A stretch of DNA of 64,000 nucleotides. Source: Clostridia bacterium (lineage in GTDB: Bacteria; Bacillota; Clostridia; RGIG6154). Numbering within the stretch: position 1 is the stretch's first letter; each line of letters starts with the position of its first letter. The notes beneath the pieces were generated by a model. It did no database searches, was not told where the DNA came from, and worked only from the letters and a program-made list of their open reading frames with translations. The translations under genes were made by a program, and so were the position numbers. This document shows positions 27,483 to 35,192 of the stretch, piece after piece. The DNA is taken from positions 1,956-65,955 of the forward strand of contig JAZUPZ010000024.1 in assembly GCA_045605445.1 (NCBI GenBank). The letters run 5' to 3'.

Positions 27483-28965
27483 CGCTTATTCCTCCTTTTG
27501 TTATGTTGTAATCTCCGACAATTCTTGCAACCTCTTCGCCGTGAAAATAAAAAGATTTCGCATCCACATCATCAAAAAACACTCTGTCAGTTTTTTCAAA
27601 ACCTTGGATTTCTTCGATATTTCTTACTGTAATCATAATACTGTCACACATTCCGCAAAATCCGAATTCAGGAACATCCACAAGCATTTTAGGTTCAACG
27701 ACTTCGTCACCGTACGGACACACACGGACAATTGCACGGTAATTATCGTCGCTGATTTTTTTAAGCTTGAGTTCAAGCTTTCTTTTCTTTAAAAGCATGG
27801 GCTTGAACAACCATTCCAAAGTCCATAAATAAAGTTTTGATTTAGGCTCATCATAAGAACATTTTACATTTTCAATTTCTTTTTTTATGCTCTCGCAAAC
27901 CTTTTTGTCGCCGTAAAAATTATGTTCTTTTATTCTAAGCTCTATTGCATAGCAAGCCTGCAGATAAAACTTATACGCCGTTCTGCAGCTTCCCTCTTCT
28001 TTGTAAAAATTTCCAAGACGAAAGGCTATATCGGCAAACTTGCAGTCTGTATGACCATCCAGAAAATGCTCCAGATTCTGTTGGTATAACTCGCTTATAA
28101 TATTAAATGCTGTTTCTTTGTTCTTTTTCACACCGTAGCCGTTATTAAACATATCAGCGATTTTATATCGGGATTCGTATATTCCTCCTGCCGCTCCCAC
28201 TGAAAAATAATAAAAAGCCTTGTCATATTCAGGAACGCCGTTATTACATCTTCCGTAATAATAAATATATCCGAGTGTGTTTGCATACACAGGGCCGGGC
28301 TTAATCTCCATAAGCTTAAGCATACAGTCTCTTGCAACAAACCAGTTTTTTTCAAAAGCTCTCGAACCGTTTCCGTAACTGTCATAGCCTTTTATTCTTA
28401 AGGCTATCTCCTCGTTGTTTTCGCAAAGCTCATTTGTAAAATTTCTGTATAATTCAACTGTTTCGTCACTTCCATTTTCAATTCTGTCTTCCCAACTACT
28501 TAAAAATATGACTTTTTCTTTATAACTGAACTCTCGCTTTGTAAGCGGTTTTCCTTTGTTTTTATAATATCGCTCTATTACTTCCAGAATTTCGTCGACA
28601 GAGAAGTCTGCATCCTCATACTCGTAATTGCACTTTAACATATACCACACATGGTCAAAAACAGAATATCTGTCCGGCAGACCTGCCATTCTTTCTTCGG
28701 TTGGCTCTTCGCAGTCAACGGCATTCCACACTTCAATGCAATCATAAAATGTTACATTGAGAATTTCAAACCATTCTTTAATTTTATCCCGACCAACCTG
28801 GTCTTTTTTTATGTTTTTTAATGCTGTATGCAAATCTTCAAGCGTAATCTGATACTGTTCTGCCCATAAGCTTACATTTTCGCCTTTTTCAAGGGATTCC
28901 GGGGTAAGCTCAAATCTGCAGAATTGTTTTAATTCTTCAGCGGAAAGTGTTATTAAATCATCCAT
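27475..28965 (-). CDS. Sel1-repeat protein
   Basis: LGYIYYYGR...YDKAFYYF and IADMFNNGYGVKKN repeats; GAGGTG before ATG 28965. Confidence 0.75.
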   Translation of the reverse strand: MDDLITLSAEELKQFCRFELTPESLEKGENVSLWAEQYQITLEDLHTALKNIKKDQVGRDKIKEWFEILNVTFYDCIEVWNAVDCEEPTEERMAGLPDRYSVFDHVWYMLKCNYEYEDADFSVDEILEVIERYYKNKGKPLTKREFSYKEKVIFLSSWEDRIENGSDETVELYRNFTNELCENNEEIALRIKGYDSYGNGSRAFEKNWFVARDCMLKLMEIKPGPVYANTLGYIYYYGRCNNGVPEYDKAFYYFSVGAAGGIYESRYKIADMFNNGYGVKKNKETAFNIISELYQQNLEHFLDGHTDCKFADIAFRLGNFYKEEGSCRTAYKFYLQACYAIELRIKEHNFYGDKKVCESIKKEIENVKCSYDEPKSKLYLWTLEWLFKPMLLKKRKLELKLKKISDDNYRAIVRVCPYGDEVVEPKMLVDVPEFGFCGMCDSIMITVRNIEEIQGFEKTDRVFFDDVDAKSFYFHGEEVARIVGDYNITKGGISVV

Positions 28966-29064
28966 CAATTTACACCTCGTATGTTTCACTCTTCTGTCGG
29001 AAGTTCTATATATTCTGAATACAACCATTTTAACACTAAAAAATGAAAATAGCAATACAGACAC

Positions 29065-29322
29065 AAAAAGCAGACCGTATGTGTTGTATCCTTAGGGATA
29101 CAACACCGATGTTTGCAACAAGTTGCAAATGAAGCACGCTTCGCGTATGATGTTTGTTCTTACGAACAAATGAAGTATTTGTTAAACAAATATTATGGAA
29201 AAAAGTTGTCTTTTCAGACAACTTTTTATCATTAACTTCGCTGCGTAGCAACTTACCTCGTGCGAAGCACGAACATAATTGAGGTTATCCTTTAGGAGAA
29301 CCACTTTAACGGTCTGCTTTTT
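29065..29322. repeat. 258-bp gene-less hairpin array bounded by a 14-bp inverted repeat
   Basis: AAAAAGCAGACCGT...ACGGTCTGCTTTTT enclosing ~9 mini-hairpins joined by TGA(A/T)G linkers (5' half) and ACTT/ACAT linkers (3' half). Confidence 0.75.
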
Positions 29323-29323
29323 A

Positions 29324-30688
29324 TTATACTGTATGTAATTTTTTCTCTGCGTGTCTTCTTACGAACAGATAAAGGACTGACTGCATTAAGAAGGTTCCGA
29401 GCCAGGATACGGGGAAGCACCAAAAAAGGGATTCAAAGGTTCCTATTGCTTTAAACACCGTAAAAATCCACACAATTCTTATTCCGCATACACCAAGGAT
29501 TGAAAAAATCATTGCCGAGGTTGCATATCTCATACCTCTTACTGCGCCGTTCATAATTTCCATAAATCCGCAAAGGCCGTAAAAAGTTCCTACAAGTCCC
29601 AGTCTTATAACCCCCATTCTTAAAGCCTCGGGGTTGCCCGGAGTATAAATTCCGATTAAAAACTCTGATGCAAAAACTGTTAAAAGCACAAATACAATGG
29701 AAATGATCGTCATATCTATCAGGCTGTATTTTACTGTTTTGCTTATTCTGTCAAACTTCTTTGCACCCATATTCTGGCTCACAAAAGCAGTTGTAGTCTG
29801 GGACATTGAATGAAGAATTGCATAGTAAAAACCGCCTATATTATTTGAAGCACTGCTTCCTGCAATTGCCGCAGTACCAAAGGTATTTACCGATGACTGA
29901 ACAAGAATGTTTGACAGTGAAAATACCATACTCTGAAGCCCCGAAGGAACACCGATTCTGACTATATCAATAAGTGATCTTTTATGTATATGAAGCTTTT
30001 TAAGTTCAAGCTTTGCATTGTCGGTTTCTCTGCAGAGAAGGTAAATTACGACAACCGCCGAGAAAAGCTGTGAAATTGAGGTTGCTGCAGCAACACCGTC
30101 TGCCGCCATTTTGAATTTAAGTACAAATATAAGATTAAGTCCTACATTTATAAGTCCCGCAATAAGGGAAATGTAGAGAGGTCTTTTGGTATCACCCTTT
30201 GCTCTTAAAATTGCTATACCGAATGTATAAATAAGTGCAGGGCATTTGCCTAAAAAGATTATCTGCATATAGATTTTTGCCTGAGGCATAACATCATCGG
30301 GAACGCCGATTAATTTAAGAAGAAATTCTGCAAAAACAAAACCGAAAACTGCAACAAAAATTCCGCCGATTATACTCAAAAGAACTGCGGTGTGAAGAGT
30401 TTTTTTGATTCTGTCATTATCCTTTGAGCCGAGAGCATTACCCATTACAACGCTTACACCCATGGAAAGTCCTAAAAACAGATTAAGAACAAAGGTTATA
30501 AGAGAACCGCATGTTCCTACTCCCGCCAAAGCCTCCTGACCGGCGTATCTGCCAACAACAATAACGTCTGCGGCGTTATAAAACTGCTGAAAAAAGCCTG
30601 TTAAGATAAAAGGGAAGGCATATCTGATTATATTAACAAACAGAGGACCTTCGCACATCTGAACATTTCTCGTTTTACTGATCACCAC
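29324..30688 (-). CDS. MATE-family efflux transporter
   Basis: About 12 TM segments, YNAADVIVVGR, GDTKRPL, GVAAAT. Confidence 0.9.
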   Translation of the reverse strand: MVISKTRNVQMCEGPLFVNIIRYAFPFILTGFFQQFYNAADVIVVGRYAGQEALAGVGTCGSLITFVLNLFLGLSMGVSVVMGNALGSKDNDRIKKTLHTAVLLSIIGGIFVAVFGFVFAEFLLKLIGVPDDVMPQAKIYMQIIFLGKCPALIYTFGIAILRAKGDTKRPLYISLIAGLINVGLNLIFVLKFKMAADGVAAATSISQLFSAVVVIYLLCRETDNAKLELKKLHIHKRSLIDIVRIGVPSGLQSMVFSLSNILVQSSVNTFGTAAIAGSSASNNIGGFYYAILHSMSQTTTAFVSQNMGAKKFDRISKTVKYSLIDMTIISIVFVLLTVFASEFLIGIYTPGNPEALRMGVIRLGLVGTFYGLCGFMEIMNGAVRGMRYATSAMIFSILGVCGIRIVWIFTVFKAIGTFESLFWCFPVSWLGTFLMQSVLYLFVRRHAEKKLHTV

Positions 30689-30848
30689 TTCAACCCCTTA
30701 AATCATTCTACACTCATTATAGAAACCAACAGATGAAAAGTAAATGTATTTAAACGAACTATATGGAATTTTCCGAACAATATTGTTGATTTTATTACTC
30801 TTATATGCTAAACTGTTTTCAGAAAACTCAAAAAGGAGTTTGAAAATT

Positions 30849-31604
30849 ATGTTTGACAATATGGAAAATATAAAACTTATTTCTTATTCAAAGGGAACTG
30901 CCTCTCAGAGCTCGAAGGTTGAAAACAGAAAAACACATCTTTTCCTTTTCAGAACCTCGGGAACAACCTGCCTTACAGCAGAGGGAGAAAGCTATGTGCT
31001 CAACTCCGGTGAAATGCTTTATATTCCAAAAGGACTTTCTTATGAATCGGGAAAAATTTCAGAAGAAGATTGTGAATACACCGCCGTTGTTTTCGATGCA
31101 GACATTGAAATCACAAAGCCGAAAAAATATTTAACCAAAGACATCCCCGAAGGCGAATTTATATGCAGTCACCTGCCCGATATGTGGAAGCTTGGTACAA
31201 CTGCCGATAAACTTAAATGTATTTCAATGTTTTACGGCATTTTGTCACACATTTCAAATATTGAAAACTCGGCATACTCAGAAAAATCAAAATTTGAAAT
31301 TATTGAGCCTGCCATAAAATATCTTAATAAAAATATTTTTAAAACCACCTTTAAGGTGGACTCGCTTCCTGCAATCTGCGGAATTTCGGACACTTATTTC
31401 AGAAAAATATTCATTGCAAAATACGGAACAACTCCGCAAAAATACGTTGTTTCAAAACGCCTTTCCCACGCAAGAACCATTATTGACATAGGCCATATTA
31501 AATCCGTCTCAAAGCTTGCTCTTACGGTAGGCTATAAAGACCCACTGTATTTTTCCAAAGCCTTTAAGAAAAAATACGGCATCTCCCCATCAGAGGCAAA
31601 CTAA
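30849..31604 (+). CDS. AraC-family regulator
   Basis: C-terminal VGYKDPLYFSKAFKKKYGISPS; AGGAG before ATG 30849; divergent from the MATE gene. Confidence 0.88.
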   Translation: MFDNMENIKLISYSKGTASQSSKVENRKTHLFLFRTSGTTCLTAEGESYVLNSGEMLYIPKGLSYESGKISEEDCEYTAVVFDADIEITKPKKYLTKDIPEGEFICSHLPDMWKLGTTADKLKCISMFYGILSHISNIENSAYSEKSKFEIIEPAIKYLNKNIFKTTFKVDSLPAICGISDTYFRKIFIAKYGTTPQKYVVSKRLSHARTIIDIGHIKSVSKLALTVGYKDPLYFSKAFKKKYGISPSEAN

Positions 31605-31645
31605 AAACTGCACCCGCGCCGAGTTTTTCGGTACGGGTGCAGTTT
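31605..31645. terminator. Intrinsic terminator
   Basis: AAACTGCACCCG...CGGGTGCAGTTT hairpin between convergent genes. Confidence 0.75.
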
Positions 31646-31678
31646 ATTGTCACAAGTGAATTTCATCAGTTACCAATT

Positions 31679-32014
31679 TTAAACAAGCTTTTTTAATTGT
31701 TTTACAAGTATTGGTAATTCCTCATAAACAACAGAGGCAATTATATTCCAATTTGTGCCTTCATAATTGTGAACCAATCTGTGTCGGAGACCGGAAATCA
31801 TAGACCATGGCACATCATTATGCATAGTTTTATATTCATCAGATAAGGCATACACCTGTTCTCCGATATTATATAAAGGTGTAGTAACCAACCATTGCAT
31901 TGCATAATCTTTAAGCAATTTTTCTCTTGTTATATTATTTTCACTAATATGATTCAGAAGCTTTTCAGCATATTCGCATATTTTCTGAACACGTTGTTTG
32001 TCAGAGTATTTCAT
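31679..32014 (-). CDS. HepT-like HEPN ribonuclease toxin (DUF86)
   Basis: IGE...VPW..ISGLRHRLVHNY (R-x4-H-x-Y); overlaps the antitoxin stop (ATGA). Confidence 0.88.
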   Translation of the reverse strand: MKYSDKQRVQKICEYAEKLLNHISENNITREKLLKDYAMQWLVTTPLYNIGEQVYALSDEYKTMHNDVPWSMISGLRHRLVHNYEGTNWNIIASVVYEELPILVKQLKKLV

Positions 32015-32319
32015 GCCACATTTAACCTCTCATTCATAATAGTGGAATAAAAATCGCTATCAGTATTTATCTCGCTTATTTCAAACACGTCAACCGGTCT
32101 TTGAAACGCAGTTCTTAATTCCTCCGCAAGGGCAAAAATATTTGTTAATTTGAAATTTTCTCCGCCAAAAACCAAAAAGTCCAGATCGCTGTTTTCCGTT
32201 GCCTCTCCACGGGCGTATGAACCAAACAAGTATATAGACTCTACATTATACTTATCCGCAATTGGCTTTATGATATCTTTTATTCCGTCTATAGTATAAA
32301 CAGCACCTGACATATACAC
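32011..32319 (-). CDS. MntA-like minimal nucleotidyltransferase antitoxin
   Basis: LFGSYARGEATENSDLD (GS-x10-DxD). Confidence 0.88.
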   Translation of the reverse strand: MYMSGAVYTIDGIKDIIKPIADKYNVESIYLFGSYARGEATENSDLDFLVFGGENFKLTNIFALAEELRTAFQRPVDVFEISEINTDSDFYSTIMNERLNVA

Positions 32320-32395
32320 TTGCTCCTTTCACCTTTGTTATGTTTATTATATCAAAACACTGTAAAAAAATCAATATTTTAAATTTGTGCGAAAA

Positions 32396-32490
32396 ATGCA
32401 CCGCAAAAGCGGTGCATTTCATGGTTTACCATTTCATTCACCGAAAGGTGAATTTCATTCGTCGCAAGACGAATTTCATTGAATAAATAA
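32396..32490. repeat. ATTTCAT-linked hairpin array, downstream of the four-helix-bundle gene
   Basis: Four hairpins each followed by TTTCAT; first 44 nt repeated at 32960-33003 with 1 mismatch. Confidence 0.85.
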
Positions 32491-32496
32491 TTTTAT

Positions 32497-32850
32497 TTAT
32501 TCTTTTTTCAGATTCTCTTTTGCAGTATTTATTGAAGAAATGAGAATTTTTCTTATTTTACCGCAATCATTTTTAAAAGTTTTATATGTATTTTCTTCTA
32601 TTATTTTTGTCCTCATAAAAAGTTCAAGCCAATACTCAGTTTCATAACATTCCTTTAGGGCAATTTGCATTTTTGAAATAAAGTCCAATTTGCTTTGCGC
32701 ATAATTGGCTTCATGAATATTTGCACCAATACTTGTAGCGCTTCTTAACATTTGATTTGTCAGAACCGCTTTCCCTTTTGTTGCATCGCACCAATTAACA
32801 ACATTTACTGAAAAATCCATAGATAAGTCAATTAAAATATTCTTAGTCAT
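32497..32850 (-). CDS. Four-helix-bundle protein (23S rRNA IVS protein / Avd-like fold)
   Basis: QMLRSATSIGANIHEANYAQSKLDFISKMQIALKECYETEYWLEL signature; AAGGAG before ATG 32850. Confidence 0.92.
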   Translation of the reverse strand: MTKNILIDLSMDFSVNVVNWCDATKGKAVLTNQMLRSATSIGANIHEANYAQSKLDFISKMQIALKECYETEYWLELFMRTKIIEENTYKTFKNDCGKIRKILISSINTAKENLKKE

Positions 32851-32866
32851 ATTTTTTCTCCTTGTT

Positions 32867-33030
32867 ATGAAATGCACTTCGTGCTTGAAATGACAAAGCT
32901 TCGCTTTGTCTTGAAATGTGCTGTCGCACATGAAATGAAATTCGTCCTCTTAAGAAAATATGCACCGCAAAAGCGGTGCATTTCACGGTTTACCATTTCA
33001 TTCGCATAAGCGAATTTCATTGAATAAGTA
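32867..33030. repeat. Two oppositely oriented linker-hairpin arrays upstream of the four-helix-bundle gene
   Basis: 32867-32944 has TGAAAT-linked hairpins; 32960-33030 has ATTTCA-linked hairpins. Confidence 0.85.
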
Positions 33031-33033
33031 AGA

Positions 33034-33180
33034 TTTTTGATGCAGAACGGACGAAAGGAATCGAAACGAAAGTTTCGACTTGCCCGAAGGCGTACTTTGT
33101 GTACGTCGAGAGGTGAGTTTCGTTCGTAGCAAAAAAGAACTCCGCGTTAACGGAGTTCTTAAATTGCGTTCTGCGCAAAA
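33034..33180. repeat. Branched GTAC-tipped hairpin containing a GAACTCCG arm
   Basis: TGCAGAACG...CCGAAG-GCGTAC-TTTGT-GTACGT-CGAG...GAACTCCG-CGTTAA-CGGAGTTC...CGTTCTGCG, next to the GGGtGRT stop. Confidence 0.7.
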
Positions 33181-33183
33181 AGA

Positions 33184-34185
33184 TTACTTATTCATGGCTT
33201 CTTCAATAGCAACAGCTACAGCTACAGTCATACCAACCATTGGGTTGTTACCTGCGCCGATAAGTCCCATCATTTCAACGTGAGCCGGAACTGATGAAGA
33301 ACCTGCGAACTGAGCATCTGAGTGCATTCTTCCCATTGTATCTGTCATACCGTAAGAAGCAGGACCTGCAGCCATGTTATCAGGATGAAGTGTTCTTCCT
33401 GTGCCGCCGCCTGATGCAACTGAGAAATATTTCTTACCCTGTTCGATACATTCCTTTTTGTATGTACCTGCAACAGGATGCTGGAATCTTGTTGGATTTG
33501 TTGAGTTACCTGTAATAGAAACGTCAACGCCTTCAAGGTGCATAATTGCAACGCCTTCACGAACATCGTCGGAGCCGTAGCAACGAACTTTTGCTCTTTC
33601 ACCCTTTGAGTAAGCTGTTTCTTTAACAACTTTAACTTCGCCTGTGTAGTAATCGAACTGAGTCTGAACATAAGTAAAGCCGTTGATTCTTGAAATAATC
33701 TGAGCAGCGTCTTTACCAAGACCGTTAAGAATTACTTTAAGGTCTTCTTTTCTTGCTTTGTTAGCTGATCTTGCAAGACCGATAGCACCTTCTGCAGCAG
33801 CAAAAGATTCGTGACCTGCCAAGAAAGCGAAGCATTTTGTTTCGTCTCTTAAAAGCATAGCACCGAGGTTACCGTGACCGATACCAACTTTTCTGTCGTC
33901 TGCAACAGAACCGGGGATACAGAATGACTGTAAGCCAAGGCCGATTTTTTCAGCTGCATCTGCAGCCTTTGTGCAACCGTCTTTAATTGCGATTGCAGCG
34001 CCTACGATGTAAGCCCAGCAAGCGTTTTCAAAGCAGATAGGCTGAATGCTTTTTACTAAATTATATACATCGATACCCTTATCGTCGCAGATCTGTTTTG
34101 CTTCTTCGATGGAAGAAATGCCGTGTTTCGCCAGCTCTGCGTTGATCTGGTCGATTCTTCTTTCATAACTTTCAAATAAAGCCAT
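33184..34185 (-). CDS. GGGtGRT protein (function unknown)
   Basis: Literal SGGGTGRTLHP motif and MALFESYERRI N-terminus. Confidence 0.92.
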   Translation of the reverse strand: MALFESYERRIDQINAELAKHGISSIEEAKQICDDKGIDVYNLVKSIQPICFENACWAYIVGAAIAIKDGCTKAADAAEKIGLGLQSFCIPGSVADDRKVGIGHGNLGAMLLRDETKCFAFLAGHESFAAAEGAIGLARSANKARKEDLKVILNGLGKDAAQIISRINGFTYVQTQFDYYTGEVKVVKETAYSKGERAKVRCYGSDDVREGVAIMHLEGVDVSITGNSTNPTRFQHPVAGTYKKECIEQGKKYFSVASGGGTGRTLHPDNMAAGPASYGMTDTMGRMHSDAQFAGSSSVPAHVEMMGLIGAGNNPMVGMTVAVAVAIEEAMNK

Positions 34186-34203
34186 TGTATGCTACCTCCT
34201 TAA

Positions 34204-34902
34204 TTATTCGTGACGAGGATCGATGAGCTTTGCTGCATCGTCAACTCTGCCGTACTGACCGCTTGCTTTTTCCATAGCTTCGTTTGCGTCCATACCTTTA
34301 GCAATCATTTCCATCATTTTGCCGAGGTGAACGAATTTATAACCGATAATCTGATTGTCTTCATCAACTGCGATTTTTGTTATGTAACCTTCTGCAAGTT
34401 CAAGATATCTTGGACCTTTTTCAAGAGTTGCATAGGTTGTACCAACCTGTGAACGAAGTCCTTTACCAAGGTCTTCAAGACCTGCACCGATCGGAAGACC
34501 ATCTTCTGAGAAAGCTGTCTGAGTACGACCGTAAACAATCTGAAGGAACAATTCTCTCATAGCTGTGTTTATAGCATCACAAACAAGGTCTGTGTTAAGA
34601 GCTTCAAGAATTGTTTTACCAACGAGGATTTCAGATGCCATAGCAGCTGAGTGGGTCATACCTGAGCAACCAACTGTTTCTACGAGTGCTTCCTGGATGA
34701 TACCTTCTTTTACGTTAAGTGTAAGCTTACATGTACCCTGCTGAGGAGCACACCAGCCGATACCGTGTGTAAGGCCGGAAATATCTTTAACTTCCTTAGC
34801 CTGGGTCCATTTACCTTCCTGCGGAATTGGAGCAGGACCGTGATATGCACCTTTAGCTAAAGGGCACATATGCTGTACTTCTGTTGAATATTTCATATAC
34901 AT
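34204..34902 (-). CDS. NifU/IscU-like scaffold-fold protein, partner of GGGtGRT
   Basis: GWCAPQQGTCKLTL, GCSGMTHS, LVCDAI cysteine pattern. Confidence 0.8.
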   Translation of the reverse strand: MYMKYSTEVQHMCPLAKGAYHGPAPIPQEGKWTQAKEVKDISGLTHGIGWCAPQQGTCKLTLNVKEGIIQEALVETVGCSGMTHSAAMASEILVGKTILEALNTDLVCDAINTAMRELFLQIVYGRTQTAFSEDGLPIGAGLEDLGKGLRSQVGTTYATLEKGPRYLELAEGYITKIAVDEDNQIIGYKFVHLGKMMEMIAKGMDANEAMEKASGQYGRVDDAAKLIDPRHE

Positions 34903-34930
34903 ACCTCCTGTATAAATTTCCTAACTAAAG

Positions 34931-34961
34931 ATTATATCATAATTGACGAAAACTGTCAATT
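34931..34961 (-). promoter_or_regulatory. Consensus promoter overlapped by an AATTGAC-N7-GTCAATT palindrome
   Basis: TTGACA-N17-TATAAT with TG on the minus strand; palindrome at 34941-34961. Confidence 0.7.
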
Positions 34962-35031
34962 TATTTAAGTATAAAAAAGCAGAAATTCTGCCCGCAGAAT
35001 TTCTGCCGAAATTTTCTTTATTCACTATAAG

Positions 35032-35192
35032 AAATGGAGTAGGAAAAAAAGAATTGGATTGGACAAACTGAGCAAAAGCAAGGCATAGCCTTGCTTTTGG
35101 TTACCCGAAGCTGTACATAGGTACAGCGAGTTAGGCGAAGTTTGTTCAAAGCGAACTTCGTGAGCGCTCCAAACTTTTTTTACACCACATTT
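35032..35192. repeat. Branched GTAC-tipped hairpin
   Basis: CCGAAG-CTGTAC-ATAG-GTACAG-CGAG apex; basal AGG/AC internal loop; abuts the stop at 35193. Confidence 0.65.

Noticed and set aside
32497-32850. Diversity-generating retroelement (Avd-like gene)
   Set aside because: No reverse transcriptase and no TR/VR pair with adenine-specific mismatches in the window.
32851-32931. N-terminal extension of the four-helix protein given in the ORF track
   Set aside because: It reads through the hairpin array; a strong AAGGAG precedes ATG 32850.
32396-33030. CRISPR array
   Set aside because: The constant part is only 6-7 nt, the variable parts are themselves palindromes of unequal length, and no cas genes are present.
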